This document shows positions 12,024 to 26,245 of a DNA stretch of 64,000 nucleotides, in pieces. Position 1 is the first letter of the stretch, and each line of letters starts with the position of its first letter. The translations under genes and the position numbers were made by a program. The notes beneath the pieces are model-generated. The model saw only the letters and a list, made by a program, of their open reading frames with translations, was not told the origin of the DNA and made no database searches. The DNA comes from Chlorokybus atmophyticus (lineage: Eukaryota > Plantae > Mesostigma and Chlorokybus algae), in contig RHPI01002262.1 in the NCBI GenBank assembly GCA_009103225.1, positions 536,317-600,316 of the forward strand, given 5' to 3'.

Positions 12024-15000
12024 TCATCGAGGTGCGGGTGGCGTGCGTGTTCGTTCATTGCGCTCAGCCAAAGAATGCACTTTGCCAGACAGAGCAAGCA
12101 TCTCTCGTGCAAAAGCTGAAAGCTCGCGATTACCAGATTCTGCCTCTGCCGCAGCAGTACGGTACCTGCACACGAGTCCAATGTCATATCAACAGCACAA
12201 ACCGACGTGACAGCACAGCAACAGCTTGGGATGCAATCATTGACATATCTGCCAGATATGTACGTAAGTTGCATGGTAACAAGCTTGAAACACCCAACTT
12301 GGTAACAATTCCATGGAGGTCATGACTGACGGAGTGTCTTCTGTGGGCGGCTACAACACACTGAACAATCAATAGACTCTTTGCGTGCGTACCTTTCAAT
12401 CTCTGCACGTGCCCTTGTTAGCTCTGCCTCTAGCCGACGCTCTTCACCTTGCATGCTCTCCACCCTGCTGCGCGCTTCCACAAGCGCAGTCCGCGCCTGC
12501 AGTTTGCAAAGCACGCATCACCGCATGAGCCCCGATGCCACAAACACCAACAATTGGCTATGATCATGAATACATGCATAACACTGCCATGTTGGGCAGC
12601 GCTGTAACTTAGCGTACACAAGCAATGCACAGTACCACACCTGCGCAAGCTCTGCCTCAGCCCGTGCCGCCACACGCTCAGCGTTTTCAGCGCGTTGCGC
12701 ATGTCGGTCGCGGTCAGCAGCGGCCGCATCCGCTGTCGCGCGTAGCGTCGTGGTGTCGCGCGCAGCGGCTTCAATGCGGGACTCCAGGCGCTCGAGGTGC
12801 GCCGAGAGGCGGGCAACCGTCTCCTGAAGGCCGTTGGCGCTCTGCCGTGTGGAGGCCAGCTCTGCTTCCAGGTGCTCTGCAACACGGCCCTGGCAGAGAC
12901 AAGGGCTGATGTACTCACAATACCCATGCTGTAAGCAAACAACAGCAATGACATGCAGTATACATGCTTGCATTGCACTACAGCACCCGAAGCACTCTTT
13001 ATACAGTGTCGCACGCATACACAGTCAACACCTTTGCTTCCACAGCCTTTGTGAGGGCATCGCGCTCGCGTTCCTGCACCTCAACCAGTCGCTTCATGTC
13101 CGCCTCAGCTCTTTGGAGCTGACAGGCAGCGAGTGGTGTTAACACCAGGTGGACACTCAACACACACGTACAACTTGTCATGCATGGTTGGCCTGCAGGG
13201 GTGTCAAACATGAGCACCACTTACAGACGCAGCAAACGACTCTTTCTCCTTCAACTCCGCAGCAGTTCTGGCACGCTCCTCTTCAAGGCGCTGCTCGCAA
13301 GTTGCAAGTGCGCTAGTTTTATCCGCGAGATTCTGCTCTACAAGTTGGCGCCTGCGCTCGCTAATCTGCAACTCGCACAGATGCTCCTGCAATGCAATGC
13401 ACACGTGTGTCACACGGATGGATGCTGCGTGTGCATTGTGGCTAGAAGACAAAGGAATGGAGAGTTCCCTGACTTGCGCAATCGCTTTTTGCTTTTTTGC
13501 CTCCTCGCTTGCTGTCAACCACATTTCCTCTGTCGTGCGCAACTCCGACACCTATGCATGGCACATGTAGGCATGATGCAGACTGCACTCGTAGTGGATA
13601 TCGACACTACCACTCAGCCACTTAGACCGACCTTTGCTTTGAATGTGCCCAACTCACGCTGCAGAGAAAGCTTGCTTGCTTGTAAGTCGTCCACCAGTTG
13701 AGACTGCTCTGTCACAACAAGGAGTTGACCATTACAGGGAAGTTGACCGTTACACTTGATGCATGCATGCTGTAGCAGAGCGTGCAACTGGTGCCGAAAG
13801 ACAAAATGGACTGCATCAAGTGGCATGCCATGCAGCTATACGCCTGTATACAACCATCTGCCACCATATCTGCAGAGGATTCAAGGAGGACCTGCCCAGT
13901 GAGCGTACCAGACCACATGGACCAACACACTCAGGCGAGCTTGTGGTCTGTGCATGTCCACAAAGTGTTTCACCTTCTCTCTCAGCTTCTGAAGAACAAC
14001 TGACAGCTCAGCCTCCAGCTTCGCTGCCTTCGCATTGGCGTCATCAACAGCCTGGTTGGTTGGTTCAAGAGGGAGAGCAGCCTTGTGAGCAGATGATGTT
14101 CGTGCACGAGCATGGCCGTTGATGGGCTCATGTGCATTGTTGATGACAATCGTAGCCCTTTCCTGCTGCAAAATCTGTACACCGCTCGCGATCCGAGCAG
14201 GATTTGCGCGCGCAAGAGCTTCTGCCACACCTGCTGATGAGATCACAACTGTTGGTATGAAGCTTGATTATTGCTGGGGCCATTGCCAAGCATTGAACCC
14301 TGCAAGGTGCTATGTGCTGCCTGTGGAGCAAGCCTCTACAATATGTGTGTAGAACATGACCTTGCAACCCTTAAGAATGTCAGCCACAGACTCACAAGTG
14401 CGTTCCTATGTGCTGAGCAACATATACCTACGGAGGAACGTGGCCGCTTCTTTCTTTGCCAGCCTTCTGACATATCGGCAACCGGTGCAGAGTCATCAAC
14501 TGCCAGGTCTCGAAGGCCTGCATAATGCCAACGTGGTTGGAACCAAATAGTGCATGACTACAACACAAAGGGTCAGACAGCTATGTCTACTCACATATAG
14601 CTCCAGGGACTCGAGGAAGGAAAAGGAGCTCATCCGAGGACACACCTGGCATGTTTGAGACCACAGTAGAGAATGAGCGAGCGTTTGCATGTGGTGCTTG
14701 CTTTAGTGGCATTGGCAATGAATAGCTTTAAGTAATTGGCAGAACTGCGAGTACGTACTGTTTCCACAGTAGCCCCCAAACAGGAGCAGCGATGGCCCCG
14801 TAGCTGTTAATGAATGCGCAGAGCGGCCTTTCAGAACGTCCCTGCGCACAGCCTCTTTGCCTGTGAATACTCTCAGCTCAGACTGTGCAGACCACCTCAG
14901 TGTTTGTTTTTGTTTTTGTTTTTGTTTTTGTTTGTGTGCAACTGCAAGCTTACCGCTTGTCCGCCGTTCTGTGCTGAGGATTGCAGTAGCATCGAGTTGT

Positions 15001-16935
15001 TGCCATTGCACTGAATCAGTCCAGAGTGTAGAAGACGAGGCACCACGCAATAGCCACATATCATTGAGGCGCTGTTCACAGCACACAACAACATGAGCTG
15101 ACAGCTTTTGAGTATGAGCACACAACTGTGAATCTACCATTGGCATTGGAACAGCCTGTCGGCCTCCAAGTATGACGAAGCAATCGCCGACGGCTGCGGC
15201 TGCAGGATTAGACCGTGGCGTTGGACCCTTCCCTGACAGCTTAACAGGACGCCATATGCCTTCCAAAGAATCATACACACTGCGAGCAAACAGATGTTAT
15301 CAACTGTAGGCATTGACCACAATGCATGTGTTACGGGGTGCATAAAACCTCCTGTGATTAGCACAGCACTTGCCTCAAAAGGTTTGGGCCTCTGCAGAGC
15401 TGCCCAAGGTGACATCCTTGTGCAGTCGGCGTGCGTCCGCCGAAAGCAATGCAGTTGGTTCCAACGCGCGTGAAAGTGTGATAGGCCCTCCCGCATGGGC
15501 TGTGTCCAGCTGGGGGTGGGATGACTTCCAATGTGCGCGTGTCAGTTCGCAGCAACACCAGGTCCGACATGTAATCGTGTTTTGCCGGTGTTGTCCCTCC
15601 ATACCCTGCATAGCAGTAGTCACAATTGGCGCTGCACCTCGGCATGCACGTATGCAACAGTAGAAACATGCGCGCATGCATATGATTGCACGCTCAAGCA
15701 TCTCGGCCAATCACCAACCCTCCCCGCCCTCTTCCCCTTGCACGGGCAGCACGCACGCTCGTGCGTGCATACGTGCGCACAGGCGCGTATGCACGCACGA
15801 GAGAGAAATTTGTGTGATGACAAGACACAGGCATGCACGTACACCCACCCACACCACCCACACGCGCGAGCGCGCACGCGCATGTATAACACTGTCTTGC
15901 AAGCAGCGCAGTCGTCTTCTCATGCGTGTTAGCTTACCTCCATAAATTAGGATGGCATTGGCAATGGTGGGGTGCACCACAGCTCCGTGCGCTGTTCGTG
16001 CGATGCCAACTGCATTGCCGGTAAGCTGAGGTGTTGACCACTGCGTAAACAACACAGTTGGTAGCAAGCTAATGCGGAAGTATCGTTCCATACTATGCCA
16101 AAAGACGGCAACACATCTGCGACCCAACGTGTTCTGGTCTTTCTAAATGCCTGTTCTGTGCAACGGTTTTGTCGGCTCACCTGCATGGTGTCCAAGTTTA
16201 ATACGTGCACGTCAGCGAAGAGACGCTCTTTGTTGCTGCCTCCTACCTGTGACAACGGAACCAGATTGCTGCTTATTGTGAAGAGCAGCAGATGTACCAA
16301 GCAACGCGATGCTAATGCTCAAAAGACTCCTGGCATAGCGAGTCACTCGTGTACAGTCACATGCAATGAACAAGCATGTGTGCAAGTAGCAGTGACAGCA
16401 ATACGAGTACACATACAAGTTGACCGTGCGCATTTGCGTGCGGGCTAATTCAAGTATTGGCAACAACTGGGTGGCAATGCACGCAGCAATTGCACAGCTT
16501 GAAAGGTGAGTCTGTCAGGATTGGGTGCAAGCAACCCACCAGCCATATCTCCCGCCTGATCAGGGTGGCTGTGTGGTACTTTCTGGGGCTGTAGCTGCAT
16601 TTGGCCTGAAGGCATTCCCAGCGTGCTGAGCGCATGAAGCGGTCGTCGCCAGAAGTGCTGGTGCTGGCATGGCTAAAGGTGACACGCGCGACGTCGTTAA
16701 GGAGGTCGCCGTCGTCATGCTCGACGGAGCCCGCGAACACAAGCAGCACGTCCTTGCCTACAGCCACAACAGCATGGCCGGACCGAGGCTGCACTACCGC
16801 CCCAGCCGAGGCACCACTGCTTACCTCCACTCGCCTCCAAGTCACCACCTCCTCACCTCCCTCTTGCTCCTCCTCCTCCTCCTCCTCCTGCTGCTTCTCC
16901 TTGCGCTGCTTGACGCCTCCAACCCCCCTCGCCAT
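12024..16935 (-). CDS. Kelch-repeat protein with long C-terminal coiled coil
   Basis: Six Kelch motifs are visible: PRSGHAVVAVG, PRKYHTATLI..IWLVGG, ARTAHGAV..LIYGG, GRAYHTFTRVG..AFGGR, PTPRSNPAAAAVG..LGG and GRSAHSLTATG..LFGGY. Heptad-rich exons follow at 12.0-14.2 kb, and the stop is TGA at 12024-12026. Confidence 0.85.
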
Positions 16936-17130
16936 GCATCCGCCGCTGCCTCCAGCCAGCTCCGCCACGACCAGGCCACAAGTAAAGCCGGATCTGTGGC
17001 CTGATCAGGCCACACGCAGTGTTTGTTGGGAGGTGTATATGACATAGCGCGACACTGGCTGTGTGGCCCTCCTTGCAATATACGTTTATGTTGTGTGTCA
17101 GGCCAGAGCAGGGCGGCGGGGCTAGCGCCA

Positions 17131-17838
17131 ATGGTGGGGAAGGAGGAGCTTGGTGAGGTGGACTACAACGACGCCGACAAAGAGGACGTGGATTCTCACG
17201 ACGAGGAGCGGAGGTTGCGGGGGACGATGGCTGAGCAGCTGGCCTGGCCACCCACGCGGCATGGGGTGGACCTCACCAGGCCTGGTGAAGCTGCGGAGGC
17301 CTCCAGCTCAGCTTTCCAACAAGCGGTAAGCGCCTTTGCAGGCTTGGTGCACGCTGTTCTGCTGCTTGCAGGCTTCTTGTACAATGCTTTCAGATCTAAA
17401 CAGAGAAGCCCAAGCTGGAAAGTTAGGTTGAGCATGCGTGCGCTGATCAATGCTCGCTCTAGCAAGACATCATAGCCTTGGTGCATTGCATGATCTCTTA
17501 TCCGGACTTAGGTGTAAGTTATCTTGATGGCAGCTTTCACCAAGCGTGTTGCAGCAAGTTTACTGAGACAGCAGTTGTGTAAAGAGTAAAGCGTGGAGAG
17601 TGATGGGGAGGTTGGAGGTTGTTGGAGGCTGAGTGGAGAGGGGAGCTGATGAGTGAGCGGATAGTGCATTCAGAATACGCGGGAAGGAAGGAATGGTCGC
17701 ATGGCAGTGTGCCTGTTGTGTTGATAGACAGCCTGGAGGATGTCAAGTGCTGAAGAAGTCGGTGTTTGTGTCTATGCACGCGTGTGCATATGTGCACGCG
17801 TGTCTATGTCTATGTCTGTGGGTTTTTTCGTGTTTTCT

Positions 17839-17869
<31 letters not shown>

Positions 17870-20800
17870 GGNNNNNNNNNNNNNNNNNNNNNNNNNNNNN
17901 NNNNNNNNNNNNNNNNNNNNNNNNNNNNNNNNNNNNNNNNNNNNNNNNNNNNNNNNNNNNNNNNNNNNNNNNNNNGGCACGCGTGCGCAATTGTGCGTGT
18001 CTAACGTTTGATATAGATGCGATGTATGCGAGCTCAGTTCACTGTAATGGTGACAGGCTGTTGCTGATAGCCGCTTACCGACAGCAGGCTGGCTGCGACC
18101 GACACACTGCTTGTACCTTAGCCACTTTATGAGCCGCTGGGGCGACAGGTGAGTGCATTGTATTTGCTGCTTTAGTTACTGACTCAAAAAATGTTTTGCT
18201 GACAGTTATAACTGCTTAGGATGTGGGAATTTGCAGCCGGTTTGCTGCTTCTGTTTGTGTGGAGAAAGAGCTTGCTGCTTACTGCGCTATACGGGCTGGT
18301 GGAAGCTGCCTCAGTGGCACTGCTTGGGGGCTTCGCTGGCGCGCAGATTGACAAGACACCAAGGTCAGTTAATATGAGACATTGGTATGTCTGTGTGGTG
18401 GTTGTGCAACGCTTCATGTTTTATACGCATACAGGCACGCGAGCAGGCGCGCGCGCGTGTGTGTGTGTGTGTGAATGCGCGTGCGTGTGCGTGCGCGCAC
18501 ATAGACGCATGCAAATTCAGTTGCACTTAGTGCAAATCGGTGGGTCGCTTGCAATGTTTGGTACTGATGGTGACCATGACCAGGCTTGTAGCTGTTGGTG
18601 TATCGATCCTGGCACAGAACACCAGCGTTGTTGCAGCTGCTGTAGCGCTGGCTATCATGTCAAGCATGGGTTCAGTCTCCAATGCGCTATTCATCGCGCT
18701 CGCAATGGCTGTCATCGCCGGTGGAGGGTTCGCAGCATTGGCTGGCCAGGCTTGCAGTGTTGCTGTTGAACGCGACTGGTGAGCTCAGAAGCATGTCAAT
18801 CGTGTATACCTGGTCTATGTGTCCTGGAGTCTAGGCTGTATGTGATGTTGATGCTGTACCACCAGTGCGTGCCATGCAACGATATCCGCTGCTTTGAAGT
18901 TTGACAGTGAAAACAACCCTCTGTAGCATACTATGCCCTGCTGGAACATTGTAACGTACAGACCTGTGCAGCACTACATCGTAGTAGCCTTTCTCTGTAG
19001 TATGCATTCTGGAGTGCGCCATGTTGCTCCGCATGTTGCACTGGGGACTTTACTGCGGTTATTCTCCACACTCAGGTCAAGTGTTTTCATACTTTAATCT
19101 GCATGCAGGGTGGTGGTATTGGCATCAGACGAGGCGCAGAGTCCTGCTTTACCAGAAAACGATGGCCACCTTCCTGGGGTCCCTGAGCCAAACCTCCCCA
19201 CTGCAAACGCGAGGTTGACGCATCTTAACGCTGTTATGCGGCGGATTGACCTCTGCTGCCTGGTGGGCACAGGCAGTTTCTGTACTGTGTGTGACTCTTT
19301 GCAACGGAAACAAGTGTAACAATATGTGATGATGTGATTTCGTGCAGGTGCTGGCGCCTATCGCCGTTGGTGCTGTCATGAGCAGCATGTCTGCACGCGC
19401 TGCAGCCCTGCTCATAGCAGGTTGGAACATTGTGTCGGGTGTTGGGGAGTATGCGCTTCTAGTGTACGTATACAAGCAGGTGAGCAGTTGGCCAGGACAT
19501 ACGCTATCTAGACTGGGTCCATACTTGCTGCATGCAGGCTGATGGTTTTGTTTGGTCTGAACAGGTTCCTGCGCTTCAAGTCAAATCGACAGCAGGCGGC
19601 AGCAAGCAGCATCAGCGCGACTTCGGCATGCAAAATTTGGGCCAGTATGAGAGGGTTGGCGCTGATGATGCTGAGGCTGAGATAACATCAACGTACCAGG
19701 TGTGAAGTGGCACAGGTCATCTTGTTCCCATTTGTATCAGCCATCATCATTGCGTCGGTTGTGCATGTTGATTGATTGGTGTGGTCCGTGGGCGGCTTGC
19801 ATGCTGGGGCATTCTGACTATATGTTTGTACATACAGTGTCTGCATGAACAGTAACTGTGTGTTGTGTTTATTGACTGGTTGTCGAATGTGATGTGAATT
19901 ACAGCACACGTCACTCAAACGATGCCAGCCATAGACAACCGTCTGCTCTTATATGGCTTGGATGAGTGATAACATCTTCACAGTCTTGTCATATGCAGGA
20001 AAGGAAGAAGGCGACATTGACCCGACTTGTAGAAGCTATTACAACCCATGCAGTGCAAGCGCTTTCGAGCTGGCGCGTGTACTGGAAGCAAGAGACGTTC
20101 TTACCCGCGTTGTCCCTCGCATTGCTCTACCTGACAGTCCTGAGCTTCGGCACGTTGATGACAGCATACTTGAAGTCAACCGGTGTTAATGAGCTTCAGC
20201 TGGCTGCTGCGCGAGGCTGCGCTGCCGGCATGGGCGTGCTTGCGACGTTCATTTACCCTATCATGACCAACAAAGTGAAACCTTTGCGCAGTGGCCTTCG
20301 CTCCATATGGGCGCAGGCGAGTGCACAATCTGTGTTTGTTGCTTATTGGCAGCCAAGGCTCCAACGTGCATGTTGTTAACATTCTGCTTTGCATGTGCAG
20401 GTGGTGTGCCTGATACCGTGCGTGGTCGCTATCTACGTGCAAAGCGCTCGAGCATCTGCGGTGTTGCTGATCGTTGGCGTCATCTTTTCACGAGTTGGTC
20501 TGTGGTCGTTCGACTTATCTGTCACCCAGCTTGTGCAGGTATTGCATGTGCAAGCTTGTGTCAGCTAGAGGTGTGCTGTTGGCAAAGCATGTGTGCATGT
20601 GGTTGTTGGTGCAGCAGTGATAGACAAAAATAAAATAGTGTATGGAAAGTTAAGTGCAAGACACTTCTAACAAGCTTCTGCGCAGGAAGTTGTTCCTGAA
20701 CATGAGCGAGGTGTGGTTGGCGGAGTACAATGCTCTATACAGGTACCATCTAGGATACTGCCTGCCTATGCTGTTTATCGGGCACAAGACCACGTGGCAC

Positions 20801-21044
20801 GTGGCATGCGTAAACACATGTTGACCATTGCGTGTGGCTCTGCACTCAGGAAACGTTTGCAATGTTGGGGTTCTTGCTTGGAGTAGGGCTACCGGACACA
20901 TCACACTTCTGGATTTTGGTACTCGTCTCGTTCGTGGCTGTGATGATTGCGGCGTGTAGTTATACTTTCCACTGCTGGCGCGTGCGAGGACATCTGCTGC
21001 ATCTTCCCTTGTTGTTGCGCACACACGTTCCAGCTGGGCAGTAG
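17131..21044 (+). CDS. FPN: Ferroportin / iron-regulated transporter (SLC40/IREG family)
   Basis: Motifs include LYLSHFMSRWGDR|MWEFAAGL, YGLVEAAS, AVERDW, NAVMRRIDLCCL|VLAPIAVG, LALLYLTVLSFGTLMTAYL and SRVGLWSFDLSVTQL. An assembly gap lies in an intron at about 17872-17975. Confidence 0.93.
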
Positions 21045-22201
21045 CGGCTGGCCCCCTGAAGTAAAATGAGCCTGAGTCTAACACTCACTCATAGTGTTGT
21101 GCTCTGTGTACCTTAGTAAAAGTGTCACCTGTTGGCTTGCAGAGTGCAGCATGTTGGAATGCTGAGCACACTACACTAGACATGTGGCCACCCGCCATTG
21201 ACACTCTACAGATAGGTTAGCCCTCTGTTTGAACTAGTCGTAGTCTCTGTGAATAGTCTAGTTCTTTGAAGTCATTACAGAAATGTTGTCAATCACCTGC
21301 ATTACTTCCTTGTGCGACGCGAAAGGTCTGTGTGTCTGCGTGTGTCTAACCAGTCTCGGGTTCTCTGCATTGCTTGCCGCCATAGCCACATATACCAAAC
21401 AGGTTCTTTGAGGCGAGGTGAACGACTTGGGCCTCAACATTTGAGCATGAGTTCTCCCTGCACCACACACAGTAGGCGGAGCCGGGAAGTAGTGCCAAGC
21501 GGTGCAAGTGGCGAGGCGCTGGTAAAATGGGTGAGAGTAAAAGCCATTGGGGGGGTTGTACGTGCATGCCTTTGGTAGCTGTCAAGGTCCGTGGAAGGTA
21601 CCTAGTCAGTTTTGTGTTGCGCATGCGACAAGCGGACGCGCATGCAAGCAAATGCGTCGTCACAGGTATGCAACTACGATTGGCGACGGTGACGTAGGTG
21701 AACGCGCATGCAGTGTGCGTGTGTGCTCAGGTTGGTGACTACTGCTACCCGCCTCACGCATCGTTGCATTGCACAGCATACGAGCACTTAGTGTAGTGTA
21801 AGGTGTGAGGTGAGCAGCTGGGAACTAGGCGCGGAGGGGGGAGGGAGGATTAACTTTTTGATTTGCAAAATACCATTTCAGACATGTGTTTGCCTACACC
21901 ATTATTGTACAGTGTTGCAAACCTATATTCCCTAATACAATGCTTCAACTTGCATGATGCGCCATTGGAAATAAGCGGCTTATTGGAGGTTATCCTGTGG
22001 ACAGCAGTACGTTGTCGGTCACAACTCCCCGCCATTTAACAATTTCAGATGCCGATATTGTTATAAAAGCTAAACATCTTGTCGTATCGGGGATTTCGGT
22101 TACGGTTAAGTAGTGCGTTCGCCGACTGTCGGTCAGAGACTGTCGGCGTGCCTGCCAGTGTCAATCGGCGCATCAACCACCACCTCACGCAGGACCAGCA
22201 G

Positions 22202-22205
<4 letters not shown>

Positions 22206-22257
<52 letters not shown>
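22206..22257. repeat. (CA)n microsatellite
   Basis: Perfect CA run. Confidence 0.95.
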
Positions 22258-22260
<3 letters not shown>

Positions 22261-22894
22261 GCAGCAGCAGCAGCCTCACCCGCCACAAGCCCAACATTGT
22301 GACCAATGTGATCCACTCTCACGCAACACCCACCGCCAGCTTGAGGTAAGCACCTGTTGTTCACGGTGCTAGCCTCTGGCTTGATCTGGTGTGGTATGGT
22401 GTGGTATGGTATGGTTTGGACTGTTCTAGACTGTTCCGCTCTGGTTGTGATTGTCATTGCATGAGTCTGTTCGCAACATATACCATCAACCCAAGGCAGT
22501 GATGGTTGCCTCAAAGAGTTTCAAGCATGCTGTTTGCTTTGATATGACCACAGCGACAAGCTACTGCGCAATTGGTCGCTAGGACTGTGACACAGACAGG
22601 CGCCATTCTTTGCTTTATGGTTTGTTATAAATTCATTGGATGACAGTTGCTATGTATATCTTAGCATTCCTCTATAGACGCCTGTGGTGGTTGCAAGCAG
22701 CTGAAATGGCTCTGTTCGCCCCCACACTTACTGCTGCTTGCATGCTGTCTTCGTATTCCAGGTTCACGAACCGGGTACAGCATGCAACTGCTGCATGCTG
22801 TACCCAGTTCTTCAGCTTCTCAGCAACTGCATGTGATTACACAACCTCTTTTGATGAACTGTGCTCAAAACTAAGACTCGCACGATGACGCTGA

Positions 22895-23028
22895 GCAGGT
22901 GAAGCTGCTGGAGCTTCAAAGACGCTGGCTGCAGGAGCAAGTTTACACTGCAAAGGGAGGTTGAGCAAAAAGTTGTTCGCCTTGCAAGCAACTTGAGGAG
23001 AAGCAAGTAGCCAATGCCACACAGCAGG
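22895..23028 (+). pseudogene. Degenerate inverted copy of CWC21 exon 2
   Basis: GCAGGTGAAGCTGCT...GCCAATGCCACACAGCAGG matches the reverse complement of 28889-29016 (VKLLELSDTLQEQGYTAEEVEQ...ANATQQ), with frameshifts. Confidence 0.75.
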
Positions 23029-23267
23029 TAACACATTCATGACTTGACTGAGAGAACGAACTGACTTGACGCTATGTTGAAGCTGCATGCACTGGTAGTG
23101 CACAGCTGGTGCCGCGCAGTGCACTGCACCAGCACTGCACTACCAGTGTATGCAATGCAATGCAGCTGCATGCATCCCGTGCAGCCTGAGCCTGTTAGAC
23201 TTTGTAAAGCAATCTGTGCATGCAGTGTATAGAGTGTTTGGAGCACAACCCACGCTGTTTTTCAGCC

Positions 23268-26245
23268 ATGGACGCCTTCTAGTTGGTGGCGTTCGCCTTC
23301 CTTCGCCTGGTTTGTGTCAGCCTTGAGTTGGGCAAGCACACCAGTGACGCCTCCTCCACAACGTGTTCAACAGCAGAAGGGAAGAAAGGGCCTGTCGCGA
23401 ACCATGCCTTCGCAGTGTTTCGCAACAACTACTTGGCGGTGTACAGCCTGATGTCAGGTGGGTTTTGACACTTATACATGTTGAGAGCTGTTGGTTGCTC
23501 AACCTGTTGGGTTTGACTGTTGTGTGCACTGACTCTCGCATGAAGTGGACAAGTGCGGTTAACACAAGGTGTAGTGTAGTAATGGTTGCATACTATGCTG
23601 CGCACACGCACATAACGCCCACACGAACTGCACGCACACACGCGTCCATGCACGCGCAGCACACACCTCAGTTACTGACATATAACACAATAATGTAAGC
23701 ACTGACTTGCACCAAATTGCACGCAACTGGCTTCTTGCCTTTGAGTCTGATTCATACTTGTATTCTTGGCTTCAAGGTCCGTACGTGTACGCTCTCTCCA
23801 CGCCCACAACCGTAGTGCTCGTACAGAGCGTACGAGCACTACAATTACGGGCGTGGAGAAATTGGTCGGCTGTTCATCGCTGGCTTTCCATGATATTCGG
23901 CACCATTGTCGGGTCGCTTGCTGATCGCTAATACGTGGCATGTGTGTGTGTGTGTCTTGTCCCTGCTGTACTATTGTTATGTGCACACACATGCACACGT
24001 ACATGTACACGTACACGCACACGCACGCGCACCCGGCACGCACGTGTGCTTAGCCTCTTTTTGCTGCAGTGGCAGGCGGCGGGCGCGCATCGTGTACTGC
24101 GTGGTGTACTCTCTGTCGTGCATCACGAAGCACTCCTCGCAGTTCCGCGTGCTTATGGTTGGACGTGTGCTCGGCGGCGTCGCGACGTCGCTGCTGTTTT
24201 CGGCGTTCGAGTCGTGGCTCGTCGCGGAACACTTCAAGGTGAGCATGCCATCTCAGCTCAATCCAACATGTCCTTGTTGGTGCGCGTGCGTGCGCGCGCG
24301 TGCAGAGTTGGTGTGTGTTGGTGTACGTACATGCGTGTGTGCGGAGTCGGCGTGCATGCGTTTGCGTGTGGAGCTGAGTGTGTGTGCGTGTGCTTGTGTG
24401 CATTCACCGTGCGTGTGTGTGCGTTCGTGCGTGCAATCATGCATGCATGCATGCATGTTTTGTGTGTGTGCGTGCGTGCGTGTGTGCACGCGTGCGTGTT
24501 GTTCGTTTGGGTGTGTGCGCGTGCGCGTGTGTGTGAGCGCGCGCATGTGTGTCTGTGTGCGGTGTTGGCGTGCGTGCATGCACATGTGCAGACCTGCGGA
24601 CTGTTGGTACGCGTACCCACACTCCGCTCACACACACTCTGTCCAGCGCAACTTCGACGGTCAATGGCTCTCCACAACCTCCTCCTCCGCAATCTTCCTC
24701 GGCAACGGTCTCGCCGCCATCCTCGCGGGTCTGCTCGCCAACTTCCTCGTCTCGCATGGTGGTTTGGGTCCCGTCATCTCGTTCGACACGGCCGTCATGT
24801 GTGTGATGCTCGGCATAGGCATCATCGCGGCGATGTGAACGGAGAACTATGGAGACCCATCGGAGTCAACACTGCTGTACACGACATTCATGCGGGCCAT
24901 AAAAACAGTCTGTTCTGGTGAGTGCTGTAAGTTAGCATTGAGAAGAGTGGCAACCATCTGCAGGTAGGTCATGTGTGTTGCATGACACGCACACATACAC
25001 ACAGACGCACGCACGCGCAGGTGCACGCACACGCACACGCGCACACGTACACACGTACACGCGCACACGCACACACACACGCACGCACGCACGCACGCAC
25101 ATACCTACATTTGCTCTGCGTGCCTGCAGATCAGAAGATCGCCATGTTGGGTTCCATTCAAGGTCTGTTCGAAGGCTCGATGTACACCTTTGTGTTCTCG
25201 ACAACAAGATCTCGATACCGCACAGCATGGTGTTCGCCATGTTCATGTTGGCATGCATAGTTCCTCGCTCGCGTCGCGCTTGATGGCGCGATACACCCCA
25301 GAGAAATACATGCAGAGCGTGTTTCTCATCTCCTCCGTCGCGTTGCTGGTGCCTATTGTGGTCAAGGTAAGCTGGAGGAGTGTGTGAATATATGTGTGCG
25401 TGTGCGTGTCCGTGTCCGTGCCCGTTCCCGTGCGCGCGCACACGCACACGCACACACTCTTCTATAGCAAGCTGCACTGCACGGGTTCCAAACCTCTGTT
25501 CTGTTCTTGCAGCGAGTTCCAGGATTAGATCCGGTCTTCACCTCCCACATGCAACTCGTTGGTTTCCTGTGCTTTAAGGCGTGCGTGGGTGTCCTTTGGC
25601 CTTCCGTCATGCGCATGCTCGCATCGTACGTGCCGGAAGAGCGCAGAGCCACCATCCTCAAGCTATTTAGAATACCCCTCAACCTCTTCGTATGCATTGT
25701 GCTGTACAATGTAACTACTGATGTATGTATCACCCATGCACACAGGTGTTTGACAGTATTATCATTGGCGATGAAGTTCACACACTGATGTGTTGTGTTG
25801 CAGGTCAGCAAGTTCAAGCTAACAAGCATATCTGCAATGTGCGCAGCCTTCTTGTTCCTGACTGCAGTGTGCCAGCGCCGCCTTGCGACGCTTGCAGAGA
25901 AGACAAAGTTCATTGCCAGCCCACGTAAGTAGTAAGCCATGCGCCTTCACGTGCATGCATAGGGTATAGTCACCTTTTATACATGCAATCTGTGCACATA
26001 CAAGCTCACACAAGCTCACAAGCCAACAAGAGTGAAGCAAGCAAACAAACAGGCCGGCACAATGCATGTTGGTATAGTTGAGTGCAGGTGCACATGTGCA
26101 TATGCCAGCAGCGTCCAGCATGTATCTGTGTCTGTATCTGTGTCTAATTGCGCTCCAATGAATGTTTGCTGCAGATCATGTGAGTGAAGATGATTTGAAA
26201 CAGCGCCTGCTGCCTATTGACGACCGCATTGAGCACCGTAGGTGA
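23268..26245 (+). pseudogene. MFSD5: MFSD5/MOT2 molybdate-anion transporter pseudogene
   Basis: Family motifs present are FRNNYLAVY, WLQGPYVY, SMIFGTIVGSLADR, GRVLGGVATSLLFSAFESWLVAEH, ENYGD, QGLFEGSMYTFVF and FRIPLNLFVCIVLYN. Lesions are a TAG at codon 5 (23280), a TGA in place of W before ENYGD (24836-24838), an inverted insertion in exon 2, and frameshifts near 23885 and 25200-25260. Confidence 0.85.
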
